A stretch of 64,000 nt of DNA from NCBI GenBank assembly GCA_049322915.1, contig JBMOPW010000016.1:7971-71970 (forward strand). Direction: 5' to 3'. Every line of letters starts with the position of its first letter. The stretch's first letter is position 1. Position numbers and translations under genes: made by a program. Shown piece by piece: positions 38,342-49,284 of this stretch. The notes under the pieces were generated by a model. It made no database searches, was not told where the DNA came from, and saw nothing but the letters and a program-made list of their open reading frames with translations. The DNA is from Candidatus Zhuqueibacterota bacterium (GTDB lineage: Bacteria; Zhuqueibacterota; Zhuqueibacteria; Thermofontimicrobiales; Thermofontimicrobiaceae).

Positions 38342-39226
38342 ATGCCGAAAAATTTATTTCGCACCCGAATTTATCCTGACCAGGGAGCATCGCTCCGAAG
38401 CCTGCTCACCGCCCATGGCTATGAAGTGCGCGAAGTGGGGCATGCGCTTTGGCAGGCGAAAAAAGAGCGATCGTATGTCACGTTGTACCGCAATGGCGAA
38501 ATCATCGTGAGGGGGAAAAATTCAGATGGTCTCGCTGCGTGGTTTCAATTGCAGATGGCAGCACAGCCTGTTGAGCGTGAATACCCTGCAGATTTGCCCG
38601 AAACCTGGGTGGCGACGCAGATCTATGGTGAACAAAAGTATTGGGGACCATTGATTTCCGCGGCGATCCTCGTCGATGGACGGACTGAGAAAAAATTGAG
38701 TCGTATCGGCCTCCACCGATACGGAGCATCATCGGATCTGGATTTAACTGAACTCGCAAAGGTGATTCGAAAGACCTGTAAACATTCCAGCGCCGCCATT
38801 CGCCCCAATGAATATAATGAACTGTTTATCGAGTATCAAGATCAAGCGCCGATAGTCTCTCATGCAAATGCCCAGGTGATTAAAAATATCTACTTGAAGG
38901 AGAATTGTACGACGTTCATCGTGCCTGATGCAGGCGATGAAAATTTGCTCAGACAACTGACCGCTGATATACCCAATGCCAAATTGATTTTGCGGCTGCC
39001 GCATGAAGTCCGGCTGGCAATCGACGCCGCTCACATATTAGCAAAATGCAAGTACTATGAGTTTCTGGCGCATCTCGAAGAAAAATATGATACAACGTTT
39101 CCTGAAAATGTCTCACAGGGGAACGAAAGTTTTGTGAATCATTTTGTAGAAGTTCATGGAAATAGCGCTCTGAAGTACGCAGCAAAGTTGTATTTAGGCG
39201 CACGAAAGGATCATGACGTAAAATAG
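38342..39226 (+). CDS. RNase HIII-like protein with degenerate active site
   Basis: TBP-like N-terminus (VTLYRNGEIIVRGK); GPLISAAILVD, PNEYNEL, AAHILAK, AKL; catalytic acidic motifs replaced. Confidence 0.7.
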   Translation: MPKNLFRTRIYPDQGASLRSLLTAHGYEVREVGHALWQAKKERSYVTLYRNGEIIVRGKNSDGLAAWFQLQMAAQPVEREYPADLPETWVATQIYGEQKYWGPLISAAILVDGRTEKKLSRIGLHRYGASSDLDLTELAKVIRKTCKHSSAAIRPNEYNELFIEYQDQAPIVSHANAQVIKNIYLKENCTTFIVPDAGDENLLRQLTADIPNAKLILRLPHEVRLAIDAAHILAKCKYYEFLAHLEEKYDTTFPENVSQGNESFVNHFVEVHGNSALKYAAKLYLGARKDHDVK

Positions 39227-39320
39227 GCTCGCATGAATTTTGCTGAATGTCACATAAAACAAAAAATTGATTGACACTGGAAAAAACATCTTTACGAAAG
39301 AATGTTCTGAATGGGAGAGA

Positions 39321-39749
39321 TTAGCGGAATAAAGCTTTGATGCTGCCCCAGGTATAACGCGCACCTGAGATGGAAGGGGTTACCGCAACAATTTCTGAGT
39401 AGATAGTTTCAGTGTTGTCCACGTTGATGATTGTAAGACGGTAATAAAAGGTTCTATTCAGTTGGGTTTTAAAAACGGTCTTGTCTTCGAATTCGTAATC
39501 CTGGCGAGATGATGAGTTTCCTGTCGCCTTAACAAAACCGATCTTGGAAAATTCGTTTCTATCGAGGCTGCGATCGACTTGAAAGCCCTTGCAGTTGATT
39601 TCGCTCATGGTGGACCATCGGAGCGTAACCCGATTACTGCCGGGTTCGCCTCGAAAATCAATGATGACGGCTCCAGCCCATAACGCGAGGTTGAATAATG
39701 CGATGATTCCGATGGTGAGGAACAACGCTGCAAGTCGTTTTGTGTGCAT
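39321..39749 (-). CDS. Small exported FN3-like protein with C-terminal TWGSIKALFR motif
   Basis: Signal peptide; VTLRWSTMSEINCKGFQVDRS..YEFED..YYRL. Confidence 0.75.
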   Translation of the reverse strand: MHTKRLAALFLTIGIIALFNLALWAGAVIIDFRGEPGSNRVTLRWSTMSEINCKGFQVDRSLDRNEFSKIGFVKATGNSSSRQDYEFEDKTVFKTQLNRTFYYRLTIINVDNTETIYSEIVAVTPSISGARYTWGSIKALFR

Positions 39750-40110
39750 TCAACTGATCCCTTCAATATTTCAAATTATGACATCTATAAGATAAATTTT
39801 TATTTATAAAAGTCAAGTTTTTTTTTATATTTTCATACAAATTTTTAAGTTGTGAATAACCTGGATGGAATACTTATCCAGCAATGCCTATATAATATGT
39901 CGACGGAACTTCAAATTTTCATAACAGATGCGGGAAATATTTTACTCAAGGAAAAGTCGTTGCCGTGCTTTTCATGTATTGCATGCCGGGATCGATGCGC
40001 AGAGAACTGGTCGCAATAGCCGGTCATTTCGACATGACTCCGAAAGAGCAACCACTCATCGTGAGGCAGGAGTCGGTTTGATTTTGTAAAAATAAAATAA
40101 TAATTTGATG

Positions 40111-40139
40111 TTGACAAAAAAAATAAATTTTAGTATATT
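40111..40139 (+). promoter_or_regulatory. sigma70 promoter upstream of rpoD
   Basis: TTGACA-17nt-TATATT preceded by an AT-rich UP-like tract. Confidence 0.65.
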
Positions 40140-40183
40140 CAACGTCCTTTTAATTGATGTTCACACATTTGAAAGGGGGCTTC

Positions 40184-41041
40184 ATGGCCAAAACTCCCAA
40201 TCGAACTCAGAACAAATCCGAACACTCACTTGATCAGTATCTTCAGGAGATTGGTGAAGTTCACCTCCTTTCGCAGGAGGAAGAAATTGATTTAGCGAAA
40301 CGGATACGATTAGGTGATGAAGCCGCGTTAGAAAAATTGACAAAGGCAAATCTTCGATTTGTTGTCAGCGTTGCCAAGCAGTATCAGAGTCAGGGCTTGT
40401 CATTGGGAGATTTAATCAATGAAGGCAATCTTGGATTGATCAAAGCGGCTAATCGGTTCGATGAAACCAGGGGATTCAAATTCATTTCCTACGCAGTCTG
40501 GTGGATTCGGCAATCGATTTTACAGGCATTGGCGGAACAATCGCGGATCGTGCGCCTGCCGTTGAACCGGGTCGGCACGATGAATAGAATCGGAAAAGCG
40601 TTCAGCGCGCTGGAGCAGGAATTTGAACGCGAGCCCTCGCCGGTTGAAATCGCCCAGCAACTGGAAATCAGCGATTTTGAGGTGTCCGAAACGCTCCAAA
40701 AATCCGGCAAACACCTTTCATTGGATGCTCCCTTCAGCGAAGAGGAAGAAAATCGCCTGCTGGATATCATCGAAAATCAGGAACTCCCCTCGCCTGACAA
40801 CACCCTCATCAGCGAATCTCTGAAAATCGAATTGGATCGGGCGCTATCAACGCTCACTGCACGCGAGGCTGAAGTGGTGAAACTTTACTTCGGATTGGAT
40901 CAGGAAACTCCACTGACACTGGAGGAGATTGGCGAACGGTTCCAGTTGACCCGGGAGCGAGTGCGGCAGATTAAAGAGAAGGCGCTCCGTCGGTTACGGC
41001 ACGCGTCACGAAGCAAGCCCCTCCGCGGATTTTTAGGCTAA
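40184..41041 (+). CDS. rpoD: RNA polymerase sigma70 factor, short FCB-type RpoD/SigA
   Basis: [52 protein letters not shown]; lacks region 1.1. Confidence 0.9.
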   Translation: MAKTPNRTQNKSEHSLDQYLQEIGEVHLLSQEEEIDLAKRIRLGDEAALEKLTKANLRFVVSVAKQYQSQGLSLGDLINEGNLGLIKAANRFDETRGFKFISYAVWWIRQSILQALAEQSRIVRLPLNRVGTMNRIGKAFSALEQEFEREPSPVEIAQQLEISDFEVSETLQKSGKHLSLDAPFSEEEENRLLDIIENQELPSPDNTLISESLKIELDRALSTLTAREAEVVKLYFGLDQETPLTLEEIGERFQLTRERVRQIKEKALRRLRHASRSKPLRGFLG

Positions 41042-41249
41042 GCGCTTTGATATCATTCCTACCTTTTTTCTTACTCATACTTCAACAACGGATGAATTAT
41101 TTTATCTGGATCAGTTTCCTGCACAGAACGCTACTTCGCTATTGTAAACAAATAACCAAAAATATTTTGTTGTAATTATACTTTTACCTTGATTTTACAT
41201 GATAAATGTTTTAAATTATTGACAGAATTTTTATAAACCGAGGAGCGGA

Positions 41250-42053
41250 ATGATGGGGAAAAAATTATTCTTAATTGTGACAGCTCTGGGTGTTTTTAGC
41301 AGTGCGACGTGTTTTGCTCAGACATATTTTTCCCAGACAGAAACTTTCATAACGAAATCGACCCCTATCAATTTAATTGATAATCCTACAGCGAACTTCA
41401 TCGACAGAAAGAATTTTCAGCTCAAATTACGCGTTTATCATAGCGGAGGCATGCTCACCGGATTGACTGTCGGGCTCACGCAAAAGCTCATGTTTGGCGT
41501 GACCTATGGCGGACAGAACATCATCGGTCAGGGAAAGGTGCTGTGGAATGCGGCTCCCGGCGTGAATATCCGTTACCGCATTCGATTCGAGCGAGTGAAT
41601 TTCCCGGCGATGTGTATCGGCTTTGATTCTCAGGGTTATGGAGCGTACTATCCGGATTTGAAGCGCTACCAGATCAAATCCAAGGGTTTCTATTTCGTCA
41701 TGAGTAAAAACTATTTCATTCTGAAAGACTTCGGCGTCCATGGTGGATTAAATTACAGCGGTGAAAATCATGGCGGTGAAAAGGATTTGAACTTCTTCTG
41801 TGGCGCACATTTAATGTTGGATCCTGAACTGTCGCTGGTGTGGGATTATGATTTTGGTATCAACGATAACGACAGCAATTCGTTGGGGACCGGGAAAGGA
41901 TATATGAACGCTGGGGTTCGTTGGTATTTCTCAGAACGATTGCTGCTGGAATTTTCAGTGAAAAATTTAACCCGCAACAATAGAACAATCGACGGCGAGA
42001 CGATACCGCACTCCAATCGGGAACTCAAAATTATTTATTTCCAGTCGTTGTAG
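41250..42053 (+). CDS. Putative outer-membrane beta-barrel (YjbH-like)
   Basis: Signal peptide; LIDNPTA, IGFDSQG, GYMNAGVRW beta-strand pattern. Confidence 0.65.
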   Translation: MMGKKLFLIVTALGVFSSATCFAQTYFSQTETFITKSTPINLIDNPTANFIDRKNFQLKLRVYHSGGMLTGLTVGLTQKLMFGVTYGGQNIIGQGKVLWNAAPGVNIRYRIRFERVNFPAMCIGFDSQGYGAYYPDLKRYQIKSKGFYFVMSKNYFILKDFGVHGGLNYSGENHGGEKDLNFFCGAHLMLDPELSLVWDYDFGINDNDSNSLGTGKGYMNAGVRWYFSERLLLEFSVKNLTRNNRTIDGETIPHSNRELKIIYFQSL

Positions 42054-42157
42054 ATTTTGAATCCAACGGCCGATGATTAAGGTAGTGTTTTGTCGATAGT
42101 TCGGCGACTCTGTTAAAAGCGGATATAGCCATGATAACCCAAAAAGGTAAAAATAAA

Positions 42158-42733
42158 ATGAAACGCTTACCGAGCCATCGCGCAGTTGTCGCAAGCATCG
42201 CTCTGCTGCTGAGCTGCTTTTTGCTACAGTGCTATACAACACTGCGGCATCCTGAAGTCACCGCGCCCCGTGAGAATAGCGAATTTGTCCATAAGGGTGA
42301 AGTCACTTTTATGGACGATTGTTCTTCCTGCCACGAGCAGAGTTCGGCGGTGGCTGAACCGTATCAGGAACTCTATTACAATCCTGTATATGAACAGGAT
42401 TATAACTGGGAATATTATTTCGTTCTGCCCTGGTGGATCGATGAATATTATTATTACGAATCACTGCCGGGGGCCGGGAATAATCCCGTCCATCCGCCGG
42501 AAAGACGCGGTTTTGAAAGAGGAGAAATCGGCGGGACGCCCAGTTATTCCACTCCCAATATGTCCCAACCCGCTTTGTCCAAAACGCCAACCACGGATAG
42601 CAATTCGTCGGAACCGGAAAAGCGGCATGAAAGGCGAGATTCTGTAACCGATCAAAAAAAGGAATCCACGAAGTCCGTCACACCCGAACCGGTTCGTGAA
42701 AAGAAAGAAAAAAAAATCGAAGAGAAAAAATAG
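42158..42733 (+). CDS. Putative lipoprotein with a single CxxCH motif
   Basis: LLQC-YTTLRHP lipoprotein start; DCSSCHE; Tyr/Trp-rich segment, then a low-complexity tail. Confidence 0.65.
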   Translation: MKRLPSHRAVVASIALLLSCFLLQCYTTLRHPEVTAPRENSEFVHKGEVTFMDDCSSCHEQSSAVAEPYQELYYNPVYEQDYNWEYYFVLPWWIDEYYYYESLPGAGNNPVHPPERRGFERGEIGGTPSYSTPNMSQPALSKTPTTDSNSSEPEKRHERRDSVTDQKKESTKSVTPEPVREKKEKKIEEKK

Positions 42734-42821
42734 CCGAAACGCTGATTGGAACAGCCCTCGGATGTTCATGCTCACAAATTCAGATCAAGGATGTTGCGTA
42801 AGGTAAGTTACCGGAGGTCAA

Positions 42822-45239
42822 ATGCCGCGAGTTGCCAAAGTCATTCTGGTGATTTTAGGAATGGCAATTCTGATTTTGATTATCACGTTGGTCATTGGTG
42901 TACGACTTCTCAAAAAATCGTTACCTCAAACAACCGGCACAGTGGAAATTCAAGGATTGCGGCAGCCGGTTCGCGTCATCCGGGATCATCATGGTCTCCC
43001 CCACATTTTTGCTGAAAACAGTGACGACCTCTATTTCGCGATGGGCTATGTCGTCGCTCAGGACAGGCTCTGGCAAATGGACATCAACCGACGTTCAGCC
43101 CTGGGCACCCTGTCCGAAATTTATGGCAAAAGCACTCTGTCTTATGATCGGTTCATTCATACCATTGGCCTGCCTTCCATAGCCAGGAATCTGACCGAGT
43201 CGCTGAGTCCGGAGTCGAAGAAAATTCTGACTTCGTACGCCGATGGTGTCAATGCGTTCATCACGACGCATTTCGATCAACTCCCCATTGAATTCGCTGT
43301 ATTGGACTATGAGCCGCAGGCCTGGGAGGTGGAGCATAGCCTGGCGTATCAGCGGCTGATGGCCTGGGGGCTGGAAATGGCCTGGTTCGTCGATCCGGTG
43401 TACGGCCAGTTGGCAGGGAAAGTGACGCCGGAGAAACTGGCGGAAATTTCGCTGGATGAATCTGCCGGCAAGAAACCGCGCTTGCATCAATTTAGAGAAC
43501 ATTCTCCAATCGCTCACCAAACGTTTCAGGAATTGAATGACACACTCAACACCCTGGCCGGGTTTTTCGGGACAGGTCTCGGCAGCAATAGCTGGGTGGT
43601 GTCCGGTCGAAAAACAAAGACCGGGAAACCGCTATTGGCCAACGATCCGCATCTTGAATTGAAGAATCCCGGCATCTGGTACGAGGTTCATCTCCATGCG
43701 CCGGGCATGGATTGTCACGGCGTTTCGTTGCCGGGGATCCCCGGCATTGTCATTGGCAGGAATAAATCGTTGGCCTGGGGATTGACAAATGCCATGGCCG
43801 ATGGCTGTGATTTTTGCATCGAAAGTATGAATCCCGTCAATCAAAACCAGTATCTCTACGAGGGGCGATGGTTCGAAACAGTTCAGGAGAAAAAAGAAAT
43901 CGCGGTTCGGGATACCCTGCCGGAGACCATCACCATTCGATCCACCAAACATGGCCCCATCATTTCCGACATTGTTCCCGCCCTGCAGGATTCCAGTCAT
44001 ACCGTATCCATAAACTGGGCCGGCTTCATCCGAAGCGATGAAGTGCTTGCGTTTTCAAAAATAAATCGCGCTCAGAATTGGGAACAGTTCCTCGATGGGC
44101 TGAGACATTTCGCAGTGCCGGCACAAAACTTCATGTATGCCGACGTTGCAGGAAATATCGGCCACTATTGCGCCGGCAAAATTCCCATCCGGGTCAAAGG
44201 TCGCGGACTTGTGCCGCTGCCCGGTCAGAACGGTGACTGCGAGTGGGAGGGATGGATTCCGTTCGAGCAGTTGCCTCACGACTTCAATCCGTTGAATGGC
44301 ATCCTGCATTCAGCCAATAATCAATTAGGCGATCCGCTCTATCCCTATTTCATCTCCAGCTACTGGGAGCCTTCGTACCGCGCGGATCGGATTATCGAAC
44401 GGCTCACGCAAACCGAGATTTTCGACGCCGACGCTTTTCAGGCGATTCAGATGGACCTAATTTCCAGGCATGGCGAGTTCATGAAACCGTTCATTTTAAA
44501 AGTCCTGCCCGGTTTCGAGCAAAAGGATAAACTGACTGAATTTTTCTGCAACACCATTGTATCATGGGATTTCAATACGGACACACGGTCAGTTGGCGCC
44601 ACCATTTTCGAGGTCTATCTGATAAAATTATATGAAAATATCTATCTCGATGAAATGGGCGAGCCGCTCTTTCAGAGTTTTATGAGATTGCCCAATATCC
44701 CGATTCGCGTCACCGATCAACTTTTGACACAGGGAGTATCCCGGTGGTTCGATAATGTCAGTACGCCGGATACGGTCGAAGTCATGGACGGCATTCTATT
44801 GGAATCGCTCCATGAGACGTATGACTTTTTAATAGCGAATTTCGGTGAAAAAGTATTCGACTGGCGCTGGGGGCAAATTCATACCATCACCTTTGACCAT
44901 CCCCTGGGAAAAAAGGCGCCGCTGAATAGCCTGTTCAATATCGGCCCGTTTCCGATCGGTGGTTCTGAAACGACCGTCAATAATGCAACTTACAGAATGC
45001 GTGGAAATCAATTCGAGACTGTCGTTGGTCCGTCGCTGCGGCAGATCATTGATTTGTCACACCCAAATAAATCGCGCTGGATGATAACCACAGGACAAAC
45101 TGCGCATCCGCTCAGCCGCCATTTCAAAGACATGGCGCCCATGTGGCTGAATGGCGACTACCTACCCATGATGACTGACAGCCTGAAAATTTGCACCTCG
45201 GACTTTGACAATTTGGTTTTAAAGCCAGATAACTTCTGA
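42822..45239 (+). CDS. Penicillin acylase family Ntn-hydrolase
   Basis: GLPHIFA, QDRLWQMD, GSNSWVVSG, PLLANDPHL, WGLTN. Confidence 0.93.
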   Translation: MPRVAKVILVILGMAILILIITLVIGVRLLKKSLPQTTGTVEIQGLRQPVRVIRDHHGLPHIFAENSDDLYFAMGYVVAQDRLWQMDINRRSALGTLSEIYGKSTLSYDRFIHTIGLPSIARNLTESLSPESKKILTSYADGVNAFITTHFDQLPIEFAVLDYEPQAWEVEHSLAYQRLMAWGLEMAWFVDPVYGQLAGKVTPEKLAEISLDESAGKKPRLHQFREHSPIAHQTFQELNDTLNTLAGFFGTGLGSNSWVVSGRKTKTGKPLLANDPHLELKNPGIWYEVHLHAPGMDCHGVSLPGIPGIVIGRNKSLAWGLTNAMADGCDFCIESMNPVNQNQYLYEGRWFETVQEKKEIAVRDTLPETITIRSTKHGPIISDIVPALQDSSHTVSINWAGFIRSDEVLAFSKINRAQNWEQFLDGLRHFAVPAQNFMYADVAGNIGHYCAGKIPIRVKGRGLVPLPGQNGDCEWEGWIPFEQLPHDFNPLNGILHSANNQLGDPLYPYFISSYWEPSYRADRIIERLTQTEIFDADAFQAIQMDLISRHGEFMKPFILKVLPGFEQKDKLTEFFCNTIVSWDFNTDTRSVGATIFEVYLIKLYENIYLDEMGEPLFQSFMRLPNIPIRVTDQLLTQGVSRWFDNVSTPDTVEVMDGILLESLHETYDFLIANFGEKVFDWRWGQIHTITFDHPLGKKAPLNSLFNIGPFPIGGSETTVNNATYRMRGNQFETVVGPSLRQIIDLSHPNKSRWMITTGQTAHPLSRHFKDMAPMWLNGDYLPMMTDSLKICTSDFDNLVLKPDNF

Positions 45240-45263
45240 CTCGCTGAACCGAAAGGGGATTCC

Positions 45264-46223
45264 ATGGTCCAAAAGCTAATTTCCGAGCTCAATCCCGGTG
45301 ATTCAGTAATCGCATTTTTTGTCATTCGAAAAAAGGAAATCAAATTTCAAAAATCCAGTCAGGAGATGTATCTATCCCTGGAATTTGGAGATCGTTCGGG
45401 CAGAATCCGCGGGTCGCTGTGGAAGGGCGTCCCTGAGATGAATAAATTTCTGCTGCCCGGCGACATCGTCAAAGTGAAAGGGAAGGTCATCACGTTCCTG
45501 GAGCAGCCGTATATCACAATTGAAAAGATACGCAAAGCCAAGCCCGATGACACTATCGATCCGGCGCAATTCCTGCCAGTGTCGGCACACGATGTGGCGC
45601 AACTGTTAGCTGATGTGCAGCAACGCCTGGCTTCAATCACCGATGCTCACCTGAAAACTCTCAGCGATACGTTTCTGAATGACCAGGAATTTGTCGACGC
45701 CTTCTGTTCAGCCCCGGGCGGCAAACTATGGCATCATGCCTGTATCGGCGGGCTGCTGGAGCACACGCTTTCGGTGATGAAAATCGCGGCGCTGATCAGC
45801 GACCATTACGGGGATTCGATCAATAAGGATCTGCTGATGACAGCCTCGTTTCTGCACGACATCGGCAAGATCGAGGAATTCAGCGCCAAAGGATTTATCG
45901 ATTATTCCACGCCGGGCCGACTCCTCGGGCATATCGCAATCGCGGCGAATCTCATTTCGGAAAAGATGCGTCAGTTCAACGGTTTCCCTGACAATGTGCG
46001 GGAACAACTCCTTCACTGCATTTTGAGTCATCACGGCCAAAAAGAGCGTGGCTCGCCAGTGATACCCATGACGTTGGAGGCGTTGATTCTTGCTCACGCG
46101 GACGAACTGGACTCCTCGGTGGCCGCCTTCAGCCGAATTATTTCCCGTGAGAAAGAGCCTGGAAAAGAATGGAGCAATTACGTTAATTTGATCGACCGGT
46201 TCATCTACCTGGGAGAAGAATAA
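45264..46223 (+). CDS. yhaM: OB-fold/HD 3'-5' exoribonuclease (YhaM/Cbf family)
   Basis: DRSGRI..W; HHACIGGLLEHT, LHDIGK, LLGHI, ILSHHG, HADELD. Confidence 0.88.
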   Translation: MVQKLISELNPGDSVIAFFVIRKKEIKFQKSSQEMYLSLEFGDRSGRIRGSLWKGVPEMNKFLLPGDIVKVKGKVITFLEQPYITIEKIRKAKPDDTIDPAQFLPVSAHDVAQLLADVQQRLASITDAHLKTLSDTFLNDQEFVDAFCSAPGGKLWHHACIGGLLEHTLSVMKIAALISDHYGDSINKDLLMTASFLHDIGKIEEFSAKGFIDYSTPGRLLGHIAIAANLISEKMRQFNGFPDNVREQLLHCILSHHGQKERGSPVIPMTLEALILAHADELDSSVAAFSRIISREKEPGKEWSNYVNLIDRFIYLGEE

Positions 46224-46649
46224 GCCCGCAGTCCTTTTTCTCCCGGTCGACACCCGGATGGATGAATCGGAATACATTTCCCCGCGACACGGAGCACCGC
46301 ATGCAACCGCCATTGTGCAGCGAGGGATGAAATCTTGTGTCTTAACCTCTCAAAAAAACCTGGCTGCCTGCCAATATTTTAATTGCAACTTATAAATTAA
46401 TATATTAAATTCGAATTTATTTTTTCAAAATCCATGCATAATTTCAGAGTGCGAGTTGTCATTGTTCGCCGACTGGTTTCCAGTGATGGAGAGAAGCGTT
46501 TCTGCGCACTATTATTTTTTCGCGCCGATGTTCATACTCAATACACTGACAAATGCTGTGTGAAATTTAAATCATACGCCATGTATCTTTCGAACGTTAT
46601 TTTGAGCCGGAATGGCAGTATTGCTCATTTTCAATTGAAGAGATGAACT

Positions 46650-48299
46650 ATGAAGCTTGCAAAAACAGTTCTGTTTTTCATCCTCCTGCTTTCCCCTCTG
46701 GCAACGGGACAGACCCTGCTGACCCGCGCGGAAGCGAGCCATTTTACCGCGACTTCAAACTATGCAGAGGTGCTCGATTTTTTGAACCAGCTTCAGCAGA
46801 AAAGTCAGTTGATGAAGTTAATTTCCATCGGACAGTCCACCGAAGGGCGCGAGATTATATTAGCCATTCTGGGCGATCCCGCGCCGGCTTCTCCGGCGCA
46901 GTTGCTGGCGATGGACAAACCGGCAATTTACATTCAGGCAAATATTCACGCCGGCGAAGTGGAAGGCAAGGAAGCCATGCTGATGCTGATGCGGGACATC
47001 CTCACTGGCGAGCTCAGACAGTTGCTGAAAAATCAGGTGCTGCTCATCGTTCCCAATTTCAATCCGGATGGCAACGAACAAATCGATCAAAAGAATCGAC
47101 GCAATCAACTTGGGCCTGAAGGCGGAGTGGGCGTGCGGCACAATGGCCAGAATCTGGATTTGAATCGTGATTTCATCAAAGTGGAAAGCCCTGAAAATGC
47201 AGCGGCATTCGCCGAGATACTCAATCGCTGGGACCCCATGCTGCTGATTGATCTTCACACCACCAACGGCTCCTATCACCAGCATCCGGTGACGTTTGCC
47301 ACATCGCACAATCCCAATTGCAATCAGTCGCTGCCGCACTATGTCCGCGAGAAGCTGCTCGCCAACGTGGTGGCTGAGATGGAATCGCGATATGATTACT
47401 CTGCCGTCTACTACGGGAATTTCGAGGATCACCGGGACCCGAACCGGGGGTGGACGACTGTGGATCACGAGGTCTTTTATAGCACTAACTACTGGGGATT
47501 GCGCAACCGATTCGCCATCCTGGATGAGAATTACTCCTATGCGGATTACGAAACCCGGGTGCGCGCCTGTTACCGTTTCATCCAACTCATCCTGGAATAC
47601 ACCCAAAAGCATGGCGCTGAGATGAGACGCATGATTCAACAGGTGGATTCGGAGACAATTTCGCGGGGGCTGAGTCCTGATACGACGGCGCAATTTGGGC
47701 TGGAGTTCCAAACCGTGCAATGCGAGAAGCCGATCCTCATTAAAAGCTATGAGTTTGAAAAATACAATGACGAGAATGGCCGCGAGCGCGTGAAGAAAAC
47801 CGATCGGATGAAGGATTACACCATCCCGTTCTTTGGTAAATTCATCAAAACGAAACAGATCGCGCTGCCCAAAGGCTATTTTTTTTCAGGCAATCTGCAT
47901 GAAGTCGCGGCAAAACTGATGCAGCATGGCATTGCGGTGGAGCGGTTGAACCAGCCGCTGCATGCGTCGGTCGAGTCATTTCAGATAAGCGAGATAAAAC
48001 CGGATGAGCGGCTGTATCAGGGGCATCGGCGAACCCGGTTGAAAGGCGTGTACCAAATGGTCGAAAAGGACTTCCCGGCCGGGACTTTTTACGTGGGCAT
48101 GGATCAGCCGCTGGCAGACCTGGTCGCCTATTTGCTGGAGCCGGAGAGCGATGGCGGACTGGTGCAATGGAATTTTTTCGACCGGTACCTGATGGTCAGC
48201 CAGTGGGGGAATCAGCTCCATCCATTTCCTGTGTTTCGGTTGAAAGGGCCGATGAATTTTTCCAGACAACTCTGGACATCCGATGGGACAGGGGAGTGA
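46650..48299 (+). CDS. M14 zinc carboxypeptidase family, exported
   Basis: ANIHAGEVEGKE, NPDGNE, DLNRDF, IDLHTTNGS. Confidence 0.9.
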   Translation: MKLAKTVLFFILLLSPLATGQTLLTRAEASHFTATSNYAEVLDFLNQLQQKSQLMKLISIGQSTEGREIILAILGDPAPASPAQLLAMDKPAIYIQANIHAGEVEGKEAMLMLMRDILTGELRQLLKNQVLLIVPNFNPDGNEQIDQKNRRNQLGPEGGVGVRHNGQNLDLNRDFIKVESPENAAAFAEILNRWDPMLLIDLHTTNGSYHQHPVTFATSHNPNCNQSLPHYVREKLLANVVAEMESRYDYSAVYYGNFEDHRDPNRGWTTVDHEVFYSTNYWGLRNRFAILDENYSYADYETRVRACYRFIQLILEYTQKHGAEMRRMIQQVDSETISRGLSPDTTAQFGLEFQTVQCEKPILIKSYEFEKYNDENGRERVKKTDRMKDYTIPFFGKFIKTKQIALPKGYFFSGNLHEVAAKLMQHGIAVERLNQPLHASVESFQISEIKPDERLYQGHRRTRLKGVYQMVEKDFPAGTFYVGMDQPLADLVAYLLEPESDGGLVQWNFFDRYLMVSQWGNQLHPFPVFRLKGPMNFSRQLWTSDGTGE

Positions 48300-48303
48300 C
48301 CGT

Positions 48304-49200
48304 ATGAACCTCTATGTCGGGCCGGCCGGATGGAATTATAAGGACTGGGAAGGCATCGTTTATCCATCCCGAAAGGAAAAGAACTTCGATCCGCTGGCGT
48401 ATCTGTCCCGATTTTTCAACGCGCTGGAAATTAACAGCCCGTTCTATCGTCCGCCTGCGGTCCATGCAGCGAAAACCTGGGTTGAGCGCGTGAAGTCCCG
48501 CGGCGAGTTTTTATTCACGTATAAATTATGGCAAAACTATACGCATCAGCGGGATCAATTTCCCGGCGGTCATGAAGAAACTCGGGTGAAGCAAGGTCTG
48601 GATGTCCTGCGTGAAAACGGGCGGCTCGGCGCGCTGCTCATCCAGTTCCCCTGGTCGTTTCAGCGGTCGCCTGAAAACTACAACTGGCTCAGCAAAGTGC
48701 TCCGGTTGTTCAAGGACTATCTGCCGGTGGTGGAGATCCGGCACGATTCGTGGAATGAACCACAATTTTTTGAACTGCTCAGCAACGCCGGCGCCGGGTT
48801 CGCTAATATTGATCAGCCGACGGTGTCTCATTCAATCGGACTGACCAATCGTTACACCAGTCCCACAGGGTATGTGCGCCTGCACGGTCGCAACGCTGCC
48901 AATTGGTTTTCGGAATCGGCGACAGTGGCCAGTCGCTACGACTATCTCTATCAGCCCGAAGAATTGACGTCGATAAAAACGACCATCGAGGCTCTGTTCG
49001 AAAACAACGCCAGGACGTTCATCATTTTCAATAATCATTACCGGGGACAGGCTGTGGCCAATGGGCTTCAAATGATGCATCTATTCTCGAATCACCTGGT
49101 CGCTGCGCCGGCGGAATTGGTGAGGTTTTATCCCCAACTCGAGTCTATCGCGCGGAACGTATCAACAGGCGGACAGGTTTCGCTATTTGGGCCGAGTTGA
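48304..49200 (+). CDS. DUF72 family protein
   Basis: GPAGWNYKDW, EINSPFY, LLIQFP, VEIRH, YVRLHGRN, YDYLY, FNNH. Confidence 0.9.
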   Translation: MNLYVGPAGWNYKDWEGIVYPSRKEKNFDPLAYLSRFFNALEINSPFYRPPAVHAAKTWVERVKSRGEFLFTYKLWQNYTHQRDQFPGGHEETRVKQGLDVLRENGRLGALLIQFPWSFQRSPENYNWLSKVLRLFKDYLPVVEIRHDSWNEPQFFELLSNAGAGFANIDQPTVSHSIGLTNRYTSPTGYVRLHGRNAANWFSESATVASRYDYLYQPEELTSIKTTIEALFENNARTFIIFNNHYRGQAVANGLQMMHLFSNHLVAAPAELVRFYPQLESIARNVSTGGQVSLFGPS

Positions 49201-49284
49201 CATTCGTACGGCCGGGTTGCCGGGGCAGGCCAGTGAGGCACAAGCCGGACACATCGATAATTTCAATGAATAAAGAATTTTGTC

